A program made the position numbers and the translations under genes. DNA of 64,000 bases, taken from contig OY969706.1 in NCBI GenBank assembly GCA_963702095.1, positions 128,001 to 192,000 of the forward strand, given 5' to 3'. This DNA comes from Candidatus Bathyarchaeota archaeon (lineage in GTDB: Archaea > Thermoproteota > Bathyarchaeia > Bathyarchaeales > Bathycorpusculaceae). Below, piece after piece: positions 39,024 to 48,013 of this stretch (positions are counted from its first letter, which is position 1; each line of letters opens with the position of its first letter). The notes beneath the pieces are model-generated. The model did no database searches, had not been told where the DNA came from, and saw only the letters and a program-made list of their open reading frames with translations.

Positions 39024-39370
39024 TTCGGTTCCTCAGCTACCTCAAAAGTTGTCCCGCAATAGGGGCACTTAACATATGGGACGCCTTGCATAATTTTTAT
39101 TTGGTCGGCGTTGATGGATGCACCGCAGTTTGGGCATTTAATCTGCGCTGCTTTCATCTGCCCCGACATCTCCAACTGCTGAACTACAGTTTTGGGTCTA
39201 CGGTTAAGGTACCAGACCCCGGCAACCACGGCTATGCCGACGACAAAGAGGATGCCGCTGACCGCCAACCTCGAAGTGGTTGCCTGCACAGAAGCGGCTA
39301 ATCCAAAGATTACTGCGAAGAAGAAGCAAATTACCGCGATTATGCCGCCGATTACAGTGATTATCTTCAT
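39017..39370 (-). CDS. 2-TM protein with C-terminal zinc ribbon
   Basis: CPNCGA...CPYCG; overlaps the start of the next gene. Confidence 0.8.
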   Translation of the reverse strand: MKIITVIGGIIAVICFFFAVIFGLAASVQATTSRLAVSGILFVVGIAVVAGVWYLNRRPKTVVQQLEMSGQMKAAQIKCPNCGASINADQIKIMQGVPYVKCPYCGTTFEVAEEPKW

Positions 39371-39460
39371 AATTGTTGCAGTGTAGGGCTAAAAGATTTA
39401 AAGTTAATGCTACTGCCCTTCGCTGCCTTAAGCTACGCTTACTTGTAAAAGCAGAAATAG

Positions 39461-39703
39461 TTACTCTACGTGGTGGCCGACGACGTCTTTGCCGTGGAAT
39501 TCGCTGTGTTCTTGGCGCAGATGTTCCAGATGCACACCGTGCAGATGCGCATCAACCGCCTCTTTAACGGTGAATGTTTTGCCGCATTCCGGGCACATAA
39601 ACGTTTTCTCGTTAACTTTGATTGCTGCGGTGTCGTGGCCGGGTGTATGTTTAGGTTCGCCGGACACTTCTTTATTTGGGTTATTTTGCTCCATAGAAGC
39701 CAT
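39461..39703 (-). CDS. C2H2 zinc-finger protein
   Basis: FMCPECGKTF...DAHLHGVH. Confidence 0.7.
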   Translation of the reverse strand: MASMEQNNPNKEVSGEPKHTPGHDTAAIKVNEKTFMCPECGKTFTVKEAVDAHLHGVHLEHLRQEHSEFHGKDVVGHHVE

Positions 39704-39794
39704 AACAATAAACCTCCACTAAACAGCCCGCTACCCAAGAGTATTAACGTATGTGATAGCCACCCTACAGCCACATACGCAGGCACCAGTAGCG

Positions 39795-40133
39795 TTATAC
39801 GTCGAGGCTATGAATCTTCTTTAACAGCGATTTGCACTCTTCCAGCCCCTTCTTAGTTATCTCCACCACCTGATGGCTACCGCCCCATGATTTAACCGAG
39901 CGAATCTCAACCAATCCAGACGCCTCCAACTTCGAGATGTGATTCTCCAAACTGCCCTTACCCAACCCCACCAACGCACGCAACTCTGAAGCCTTCAACT
40001 TCTTGTTCATAGCAAGCAAAATCAAAATCAGTATACGCGTCGAAGATTTGAGGCTGGGGTCGCTTAGCTGCCTATTTAATGATTTAATGGCATCTATACT
40101 GGGAGCCCCGGTGGGTTTGCCGTCGACATTCAA
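39795..40133 (-). CDS. Winged-helix transcriptional regulator
   Basis: RILILILL...LGKGSLENHISKLEASGLV...EITKKG. Confidence 0.85.
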   Translation of the reverse strand: MNVDGKPTGAPSIDAIKSLNRQLSDPSLKSSTRILILILLAMNKKLKASELRALVGLGKGSLENHISKLEASGLVEIRSVKSWGGSHQVVEITKKGLEECKSLLKKIHSLDV

Positions 40134-40792
40134 TCTGGATGGTCCTCCGGCGGTTTAGGCGGTTTCTGCCTGTAACCATAGGCAGCGGCGACTAGCGAAA
40201 CAGCAATCATTAGTATCCAAAGTGTAGGCGCAACTCTATCTTGTAGTAGGAAAAATGTAAGGTTGCCAAGTGCACAGAAAGCATACGTTGCCAGGACAGC
40301 TATGCCTTCGCGGGGTAGCCGTTCTGGGAAAGATACTTTTAAGCTAAAATAGAAGGGACCCACTGAGGTTGCCAATACTCCATAGAGGACTACCACAGCA
40401 ATAGGGCGAAGAAAAATGATTGCGACGATAATCGGCAGATAGTATGCTAACCAAAGTACAGCCACCCATGAAGGCCTAAACAGCTTAGCCCAAATCGAAT
40501 CCGCGATTTCTCGGCGAACAAGCATAGCATCATATGCCTTCTTGAAAACCCAAGTGGCGACAGCAACCCCAAAGATGCTTACGGAGGTGTTGAAGACAAG
40601 CGGGACGAATAAATTATAATCAGACGAAAGGTTATGGAACAAAATATCGAACAAAAGGATCAATGAAATTTCAGTGGCCAAAACAGCATAGCATAACCCC
40701 CAAGCCCGCCTCAGAATATACTGTTCTAATATGAGGGCTCTTTTCGCTATCTGTCTAACTTGCTCTTGGGAGACTGCTTTATCCTCAACCAC
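40130..40792 (-). CDS. Membrane protein
   Basis: About six hydrophobic segments; overlaps the regulator start. Confidence 0.75.
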   Translation of the reverse strand: MVEDKAVSQEQVRQIAKRALILEQYILRRAWGLCYAVLATEISLILLFDILFHNLSSDYNLFVPLVFNTSVSIFGVAVATWVFKKAYDAMLVRREIADSIWAKLFRPSWVAVLWLAYYLPIIVAIIFLRPIAVVVLYGVLATSVGPFYFSLKVSFPERLPREGIAVLATYAFCALGNLTFFLLQDRVAPTLWILMIAVSLVAAAYGYRQKPPKPPEDHPD

Positions 40793-40938
40793 ATTTCTTC
40801 CCTTAAGGTTTATCTCTCTGTGTTACACACTCTTTTGACCTTTGTCTTGTTGGTACAAAATTTGTACCTGTGCAACCTTATTTATGATACATCCACTAAT
40901 ACTAGGCAGAAAACGGCTCATTTATAAAAGGTAATCGC

Positions 40939-41856
40939 ATGATTGACACTAACGGTTTAACTAAAAAATTCGGGGACCTAACAGCCGTAGACAACCTCAC
41001 CTTGCATGTTGACGACGGCGAAGTTTTCGGTTTCCTCGGACCAAACGGGGCAGGAAAAACCACCACCGTAAGGATGCTTTGCTGCCTCATATCAAAGACC
41101 AGCGGAAGCGGCAAAATTGGCAATTATGAAATAGGCAACAAAGAAGACTCACTTAAAATCCGCAAAATCATCGGGTTTGTCTCTGATAACGTTGGATTAT
41201 CTGAAAATCTGACAGCCTACGACAACCTAGACTTTTTTGCAAAGATATACGATTGCTCGGAAACCCAAAGAAAAGAGAACATCAAGCGTTTTCTTGAGAT
41301 GTTGGGGCTTTGGGAGAAGAGGAATGTTTTGGCAGGAACTTTTTCCAAGGGCATGAAACAAAAACTTGCCATAGCCCGAGCCTTAATTCATGAACCACAA
41401 GTCATTTTTATGGACGAACCTACCGCGAATCTAGATCCTGAGGCTTCGAAAACAGTGCGAGATTTCATTCTTCAACTAAAAAAAGAGAAGAAGACAATCT
41501 TTCTAAACACCCACAACCTCGACGAGGCGCAGAGAATCTGCGACAAGGTAGCAATAATGAATACGAGTCTGCGGGCAATCGGTACTCCGCAGGAACTTGA
41601 AAGGTCCGTTAGCGGTAAGAAGACAGTTATCGGATTAGAACAGCAAATTAACGATGTGGTTTTGGGGGCACTGAAAAAACTGCCGCTCAAAAACCTGTCC
41701 AGCGAGGGCAACACAATAACATTTGATGTAGAAGACCCAGACAAGGAGAATTCGCCTGTTGTAGAAGCTATAGTGCAGGCGGGCGGTCATGTCAAATCAC
41801 TCAATGTGGTGGGCTCAACTTTGGAAGATACCTATCTACAACTTGTGAGGAAATAA
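40939..41856 (+). CDS. ABC transporter ATP-binding protein
   Basis: GPNGAGKTT, FSKGMKQ, MDEP, TH. Confidence 0.95.
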   Translation: MIDTNGLTKKFGDLTAVDNLTLHVDDGEVFGFLGPNGAGKTTTVRMLCCLISKTSGSGKIGNYEIGNKEDSLKIRKIIGFVSDNVGLSENLTAYDNLDFFAKIYDCSETQRKENIKRFLEMLGLWEKRNVLAGTFSKGMKQKLAIARALIHEPQVIFMDEPTANLDPEASKTVRDFILQLKKEKKTIFLNTHNLDEAQRICDKVAIMNTSLRAIGTPQELERSVSGKKTVIGLEQQINDVVLGALKKLPLKNLSSEGNTITFDVEDPDKENSPVVEAIVQAGGHVKSLNVVGSTLEDTYLQLVRK

Positions 41857-41858
41857 AC

Positions 41859-42602
41859 ATGCGACTCTCAAAAGCGTGGATTATAACCGCTAGGGACTTC
41901 AAAATATTTAGGCGAGTTAAAAATGTCTGGTATCCGATTATGATTTTCCCTGTTCTTATCTCGGTTGGGTTTCCGGTGATACTGGAGTATTTAACAATCA
42001 GGGGGAACCACGGCCTCGCATCGCCAAGTGTTCTTCCAAATTTGCTTACCTCGTTTTCTTTCTTTTTAGTTATAGGAGCAGCGTATGTTCCCTTAGGGAT
42101 TGCCTCCTACAGTATAGTGGGGGAGAAAGTGGAGAAGAGTCTTGAACCGCTTCTAGCAACGCCCCTTACTGATGCAGAAATATTGCTTGGAAAAGCCATT
42201 TCCGCAATTATCCCAACCTTAGTAGCAATGTATGTGGCTGCAACAATCTTCATGGTAAGCGTTGATGCGGTTACTTTCAATACGCTCGGCTACTATTATT
42301 TTCCAAACTGGAACATCGCCACGTTGCTCTTGGTTCTGATGCCGGTCGCCATCGTATTGAGTGTGCTGTTCGGTGTGATTGTTTCATCAAAAGTTAATGA
42401 TGTTCGAAGCGCTAACAGTTTTGGAGCTTTTATTCTCTTTCCACTCATCGGCATATACTTTCTCAGCGAGACAAGCATAATAACCCTTGATGTAAACACC
42501 CTGCTCATAATCTCAGGCATCATCTTAGCGGTTGATGTTGCGCTTTTCTATGTTAGCACAAAAACTTTCCGAAGGGAGGAAATACTAACAAAATGGAAGT
42601 AG
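41859..42602 (+). CDS. ABC-2 type permease
   Basis: GEKVEKSLEPLLATP...LLGK; 6 TM. Confidence 0.9.
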   Translation: MRLSKAWIITARDFKIFRRVKNVWYPIMIFPVLISVGFPVILEYLTIRGNHGLASPSVLPNLLTSFSFFLVIGAAYVPLGIASYSIVGEKVEKSLEPLLATPLTDAEILLGKAISAIIPTLVAMYVAATIFMVSVDAVTFNTLGYYYFPNWNIATLLLVLMPVAIVLSVLFGVIVSSKVNDVRSANSFGAFILFPLIGIYFLSETSIITLDVNTLLIISGIILAVDVALFYVSTKTFRREEILTKWK

Positions 42603-42627
42603 CAAAGTTGGAAGCGACGAGGGGGAG

Positions 42628-42834
42628 GTGGAAAAAATGGTGGACATGAAAGATTATTATCAAACAAACAAAGGGCGACTCCTTGGAATTGGCGGAATAC
42701 TAATTATTGTAGGCTTGGTCCTCTATTTTGCAAGAGGTCAGGAAGCGGTGCTCGTATTACCCGTCATTGGGGCTGTTTTGTTCATTGCCGGTGTTATCTA
42801 TAAGCCTAAAAGGAAGGAGCAAATGACCGGATAA
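42628..42834 (+). CDS. Small 2-TM membrane protein
   Basis: GGAGGTG SD; two hydrophobic segments. Confidence 0.65.
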   Translation: MEKMVDMKDYYQTNKGRLLGIGGILIIVGLVLYFARGQEAVLVLPVIGAVLFIAGVIYKPKRKEQMTG

Positions 42835-42921
42835 CACTTCATAGTTTAAACCTTAACCCATAATTTTTTTGCCCTGCTATTAAGGCTTGAACTGTAAGCA
42901 CAATCGTCAGCCGCCCTCACT

Positions 42922-45273
42922 CTAAACTTTAACGCTCGTCCGTTTGAGCCTAATGTGACGGCTGACTGCCCCCATTGTCTGGTAAAGTAGGCTGGCGATT
43001 GCAATGGCGAACGCGGGCATAGCGGGCAAGATATACCAGTATAATTTGGTTTGGGCCACCGTAAAGATTCCTATCACAATCGCAATCCAGGTGAGAATTA
43101 ACAAATCCTCTTTTGAACGTTTAATTGCTTTGAAAATACACAAGCCCACAGCTAAGGGGAGCAGAAGCATCCAAAGCAGAGTTTCCTTTGTGGCTAAATA
43201 ATTAAAATAAAACAGCCAATTGCCAACATGCCCCTCAATAGGCGTCACCGACCGCGTGTAAACGCAATAGACAAAGTAGTAGTTCCAGAATTCCTTTAAT
43301 CTTAAGCCCATATAAATCAGGTAAGGGCCAAAAACCGCCAGTGCAGTTGCAGAAAAAAGTCCAAGCTGCTTAAACAACAGTGCTTTGATGTTTTTCTTTT
43401 TGATGATAAAATAGCATATGATTATGAGTGGGATAAGTAGCGATTCTACTTGCTTGGTTAAAAATGCTAACCCAAAAAACAAGCCACTCAAAACTGCATA
43501 GCGGCTGGTGCTCTGTTGTTTTTGGTCCGCTAAAAGCATGAAGTACAAACTTGCCAACATAAAAAATAAGAGGGGAATATCCGTCATGGCATGGGTTGAA
43601 AACGCCCAAAACGTCACCATTGTCCCCAAAACCAGAACTGACAGTAGCCCCACATTGGCATTGTATAGTTTCTTCCCCAAAAAAAACACCACAACCAACG
43701 ATAAGGCACCAAAGAGTGGGACCCAAAATCTTGCAGCAAAAATGGTGAAGCCAAAGATTTGGTAGGAAAGCGACATCAGCCACATGAGCACGGGCGGTTT
43801 TCCTGTCCACAGCCCCGATTCGCCATACGTCCGTGGCATAAGATAATCGCCCCGTTTCACCATGTTGTAGGCTATTTGGGAATAGGTTTTTTCGTCACCC
43901 GACCAAAGTGGACCCGCGTTGAGGTTCAAGTAGAACAAAACGATGAAGGTGATAACGAGTGCGGCGCAGAGCAGGTTTTGGTTGGTTAAAACCCAGCGTA
44001 TGCCTTTTTGTTTCTCTGTTGCATCGGTTTTTTTAGTCAGCCTAACTATTTGAACATGGCGTACAACTGTTACAGCTGCTATAGCCGCAACTACGCAGGC
44101 TAAGGCATCAAAAGCGATGGTGCCCCATGACCGATTTTCGGTGGTTTCTGGCAATGAATCCACAGATGCATTTATGTTAAAAGCGTAGAGGTGCCCGTCA
44201 TTGGAGCCCACATAGAGCATGTTGTCTTTGATGGCGGGGGAAGACTCCACGATTTCTCCGGTTTGGTAACTCCACATTTCTTTGCCAGAGGAAGCGTCAA
44301 GACAGTAGATGCGATAGTCTTGTGAGCCCACGTATACTCTGCCGTCGGCTATGGCGGGCGAGGACCAAACCCAAAACCCGGTCTTAAACTGCCAAATCCT
44401 GCTGCCTGTGGAAGCGTTGAAACAATAGACATTACAGTCGTCTGAGCCAACAAAAACGCATCCGTTTGCAGCCGCTGGAGAAGAACCAATCGTATCTCCG
44501 GTTAGAGCCTTCCACTGCTCCTTGCCTGTGGTTGCGTTAAGACCGTATAGGTAGCCGTTGAATCCGCCGATGTAGAGGCAACCGCCGCTTATGCAGGGTG
44601 AGCTGTCGCCCGCTGAGACTTTGTGACGCCAGAGTTCAATGCCGCTAGTAGAGTTAAGAGCATAAACAAACCCGTCATGGCTGGTAACATAAACTGTTTC
44701 TTTGGAGATGGCGGGTGAGGCATTGATACTTGCGTGTGTTGGGAAAGTCCAGAGTTTGGAGCCGTCTGAGGCGTTAAAACAGAGGAAATCATACTGGACT
44801 GACCCTATATAAACGCGTCCGTCTGTGACTGCGGGGCTAGATCGAACCTTTCCCCCGACCTCAGATTTCCAAATTTGGTGTCCGGAGGTGAAGTTTAAGC
44901 AGTATAGCCAGCCGTCGTCGCTGCCCACAAATACGTAGCCTTTCTCGATTGCGGGTGAAGAATTTACTTCTCCGTCTGTTTTGAAATTCCAAACTTCTTT
45001 ACCCGTGGATGCGTTGAGGCAATAGACCGCGTGGTCTTTGCAGCCGACCACCAAGTAGCCGCCTGATACTGCGGGAGAGGATAAAACTGACCTCGACATA
45101 GGTATCGCCGAGCTAAGTCCCCCTAAACCGCTTACATCACTCTCTGAAGCTCCGCTATGGTTTAGGTCATGGCGAAACATCACCCAATCATCGGCTGATG
45201 CGGAACCAATTACGCAGGATTGAACTAGAAATCCTGCAAGAAGCACCAGTAGCAACCATTTCGGCGATCGCAT
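42922..45273 (-). CDS. PQQ-like beta-propeller fused to an ArnT/PMT (GT-C) glycosyltransferase domain
   Basis: Repeated SSPA...VYVGS.D..Y..NA.TG...W units; then DEKTY...KPP...RF and many TMs. Confidence 0.85.
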   Translation of the reverse strand: MRSPKWLLLVLLAGFLVQSCVIGSASADDWVMFRHDLNHSGASESDVSGLGGLSSAIPMSRSVLSSPAVSGGYLVVGCKDHAVYCLNASTGKEVWNFKTDGEVNSSPAIEKGYVFVGSDDGWLYCLNFTSGHQIWKSEVGGKVRSSPAVTDGRVYIGSVQYDFLCFNASDGSKLWTFPTHASINASPAISKETVYVTSHDGFVYALNSTSGIELWRHKVSAGDSSPCISGGCLYIGGFNGYLYGLNATTGKEQWKALTGDTIGSSPAAANGCVFVGSDDCNVYCFNASTGSRIWQFKTGFWVWSSPAIADGRVYVGSQDYRIYCLDASSGKEMWSYQTGEIVESSPAIKDNMLYVGSNDGHLYAFNINASVDSLPETTENRSWGTIAFDALACVVAAIAAVTVVRHVQIVRLTKKTDATEKQKGIRWVLTNQNLLCAALVITFIVLFYLNLNAGPLWSGDEKTYSQIAYNMVKRGDYLMPRTYGESGLWTGKPPVLMWLMSLSYQIFGFTIFAARFWVPLFGALSLVVVFFLGKKLYNANVGLLSVLVLGTMVTFWAFSTHAMTDIPLLFFMLASLYFMLLADQKQQSTSRYAVLSGLFFGLAFLTKQVESLLIPLIIICYFIIKKKNIKALLFKQLGLFSATALAVFGPYLIYMGLRLKEFWNYYFVYCVYTRSVTPIEGHVGNWLFYFNYLATKETLLWMLLLPLAVGLCIFKAIKRSKEDLLILTWIAIVIGIFTVAQTKLYWYILPAMPAFAIAIASLLYQTMGAVSRHIRLKRTSVKV

Positions 45274-45347
45274 AATGCTCCATTAAACCATGGGAGATAT
45301 TAAATTATTCATCGATGCTTCGCTGCCATGAATTCTAAAGCGAACTC

Positions 45348-45520
45348 AACATGTTCCCAAATGCACAATCAAGCCTTTCCATGTATTCTTGTGAAGAAAA
45401 ACACCTTCCCCACACCGTAACAGACATAGAAAAACAATGCACCCCAAAAACACAACGCAACCCTCAACCAGTCTTGTGGCACCCCATAAAACGCCACACC
45501 CACATAAAGGGAAGGAAACA
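45348..45520 (+). repeat. Dispersed repeat module A, copy 3
   Basis: AACATGTTCCCA...TGTGAAGAAAAAC...CCACACCGTAACAGAC...GTGGCACCCCATAAAACGCCACACCCACATAAAGGG. Confidence 0.85.
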
Positions 45521-45554
45521 GTCTTTCTACAATAACAGTAAATCAAAAATTTGT

Positions 45555-45678
45555 TCTGTTTGCGTTTTGCTCCACAACCAGCAAGCAATCAAAAACAAAC
45601 GCTGAAGCATAAAAGCAACAGTTTGCACAATCGGCTGGTTGTTGTTGTGTATAGGAGGTTCTTGGCAACAACTAACAA
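45555..45678 (+). repeat. Dispersed repeat module B, copy 4 (directly follows module A)
   Basis: GCTCCACAACCAGCAAGCAATC...GGTTGTTGTTGTGTATAGGaggttcttgGCAACAAC. Confidence 0.85.
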
Positions 45679-45875
45679 ATAAAAAATTTGATCCACTGAT
45701 AAGGGAGCGGATAGAGTCGGCAGAGCAACAGAGGCTGCTTCTATGAATACACATTGAAATCTGAGCCTCAAACGCTTCTTGTCTTGCAATATTTATTTAA
45801 ACTTGGAACGCCAAACATAGCCAATATAGCTAATATATGCATGGCGTGTAAGGTACTCTTCGAGGATGGCATGGT

Positions 45876-46649
45876 TTGGCTTGGTATGATGACCCCATAA
45901 CTGTTTTGGCAATCGTTGCAGTGGTGGTTATCGTCTGCGGCACAGTCGCCTATGCGATGCACCGATACAGCACCACCAAAAAAGGCTCTAGCGAACCAAA
46001 AAAGCAGTCGCAGCCACAGCAGCAACCCCAAACCACGTCAACCGTTGACCTCCAATACACCAGCATGCCTTTTCGCGTCTCCAAAAGCGTCCAAACCTCC
46101 ATGGCGTCCACTGCCAAAGATGAGCTCCGTATGCTCGACCTCGAACGCGAAATTTTAGGAGACGCCATCCGACGCCTCTACGAGGCACAGGCAGAAGGAA
46201 AAATCAGCGAGGGCGAACGCGAAAAACTCGCCGCTTCATACAAGCAGCGGATGAACACCATTAAAGACTCCATCAGCAAAGACGAATCCATCATTGCGCT
46301 CCATGAACTTGAGGGCATGCAAGAAGACCTCATGAAACTGTTCAGTGAACGATTCGGCGAATTAACAAGCAAAGTCGAGGAACTCCGCACACGCATCGAC
46401 GTTAAACCCATCCGTGAAATCCCCGTTAAACCCCTCGTTGCCACGCCAATCCAAATAGAGGAAGACGACGAAGAAGAGACAGAAAACGATGTCTCCAAAG
46501 CAGCGGGCGAAGCGAAACCCAAAAGAAAACACAAACCCCCAGAAGAGAGACCCACCCAGAAAACCGAAGCCGAACGCCGCATCGAGTCGATTCGCAGTGA
46601 AGTAGAGAAGGTCCTCGACAAGTTAGGGCAGATGGAGATCGAAAGCTAA
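45876..46649 (+). CDS. Membrane-anchored coiled-coil protein
   Basis: N-terminal TM and long charged helical region; coupled to rpiA. Confidence 0.8.
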   Translation: MAWYDDPITVLAIVAVVVIVCGTVAYAMHRYSTTKKGSSEPKKQSQPQQQPQTTSTVDLQYTSMPFRVSKSVQTSMASTAKDELRMLDLEREILGDAIRRLYEAQAEGKISEGEREKLAASYKQRMNTIKDSISKDESIIALHELEGMQEDLMKLFSERFGELTSKVEELRTRIDVKPIREIPVKPLVATPIQIEEDDEEETENDVSKAAGEAKPKRKHKPPEERPTQKTEAERRIESIRSEVEKVLDKLGQMEIES

Positions 46650-46650
46650 C

Positions 46651-47358
46651 ATGGACTCGGTAGCTGAACAGAAGCAGAAAGCCGCATTGGCAGCGGTAAA
46701 ACACGTTAAAGACGGCGACGTCGTCGGGCTTGGAAGCGGCAGCACAGCCGCCTACGCCATACAAGCCATAGGTGAACGCGTTAAAACCGAAGGCATCCAC
46801 GTCATGGGCATACCCAGCAGCTACCAAGCCTTCCAAGTCGCAGTCGAATCCGGCATCCCAGTAACCACGCTTGACGAGCACCCCATAATCGACGTCACAA
46901 TCGACGGCGCTGACCAGTTGACGCCACAGCTCTACCTCATCAAAGGCGGCGGAGCAGCATTGGCACGCGAAAAAATCGTTGCGTCCGCTTCTAAAGTCAA
47001 CATAATCATCGCCGACGAAAACAAAAAAGTCCCCGTCTTAGGCGCCAACAACCAGTTCGTCCCCGTCGAAGTCATCCCCTTTGCACTCTCACCCGTCAAA
47101 CTCAGATTGGCTGAAATGGGCGGAAAAGTCACGGTTCGCGAAGCCAAAGGCAAATTGGGCCCAATCATCACCGATAACGGCAACGCAGTTACCGATGTGG
47201 TCTTCGGAGAAATCCAAAACCCCGCAGAGTTACAGGTTAAGGTAAAGATGGTTCCGGGTGTGGTTGAAACAGGGTTTTTTGTGGGTTTAACCGACATCGC
47301 ATACATCGGCACTGTCAACGGTGTCGAAAAAATCGCTGTAACAAGAAAGCCACTTTAG
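46651..47358 (+). CDS. rpiA: Ribose-5-phosphate isomerase A
   Basis: GLGSGST, DGADQ, IKGGGAALAREKIVA, TDNGN, GVVETG. Confidence 0.95.
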   Translation: MDSVAEQKQKAALAAVKHVKDGDVVGLGSGSTAAYAIQAIGERVKTEGIHVMGIPSSYQAFQVAVESGIPVTTLDEHPIIDVTIDGADQLTPQLYLIKGGGAALAREKIVASASKVNIIIADENKKVPVLGANNQFVPVEVIPFALSPVKLRLAEMGGKVTVREAKGKLGPIITDNGNAVTDVVFGEIQNPAELQVKVKMVPGVVETGFFVGLTDIAYIGTVNGVEKIAVTRKPL

Positions 47359-47438
47359 CATTGAGCGGTGTGGCTGATGGTTTGTAGTCACACAACTTAA
47401 AATAAACTGCAGCCCTCAAGTCTCTTTGAGGTTTGGGT

Positions 47439-47590
47439 TTGTCTATTCTTTTGTGGCTGGCGCTTATTGCAGTTTTGCTGTGGCTGTTCGGCTGGATAGT
47501 GTTCCCCGGCATCGGTATAATAATCCATATAGTTCTCTCATCGCCATAATCTTTCTTGTTGTCTGGCTTATAACAAGGCGAAAGCCCTGA
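47439..47590 (+). CDS. lmo0937/DUF5670-like small membrane protein (1-nt frameshift near 47537; absent from ORF track)
   Basis: Repaired reading MSILLWLALIAVLLWLFGWIVFPGIGIIIHIVLLIAIIFLVVWLITRRKP. Confidence 0.65.
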
Positions 47591-47662
47591 CGGTTGTCTC
47601 TTCTGATGCTCTCACAGACATCTAACCCCCCTTATATAAAGGCAGAAAAAGAGGAATGTCTT

Positions 47663-48013
47663 ATGGAAGCAGTAGCTTTTGGCTGCGTAAAAATCAACGG
47701 AGAAAAATACGACAAAGACCTAGTCATCCATGCAAACGGCGAAGTCACCAAACGCAGAAAGAAAAAAAGCAAACCCCTGAAACAAGACTACGGCCACACG
47801 CCCCTCTCTGAGATGGAACTCGACTTTTTAGAGGAGGAAAAACCTGCGGTCGTCTACGTCGGCACAGGCTACAACGCCGCCCTACCCATCACACCCGAAG
47901 CCCTAGCAATCCTCGCAGACTACAAAACCGTCATCTTACCCACGCCCGAGGTGCTTCCGAAAATAGAAGCAGATAAAAGAAAACTCGTAGCCTTCATACA
48001 CGTTACTTGTTAA
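47663..48013 (+). CDS. MTH938/NDUFAF3 family protein
   Basis: FG.VKINGEKY..DLVI...YGHT...VYVGTG...IHVTC. Confidence 0.85.
   Translation: MEAVAFGCVKINGEKYDKDLVIHANGEVTKRRKKKSKPLKQDYGHTPLSEMELDFLEEEKPAVVYVGTGYNAALPITPEALAILADYKTVILPTPEVLPKIEADKRKLVAFIHVTC

Noticed and set aside
40939-42602. ABC exporter as part of the rSAM/Cys-tail system
   Set aside because: Opposite strand, separated by other genes, and paired with its own divergent regulator; no sequence evidence of linkage.
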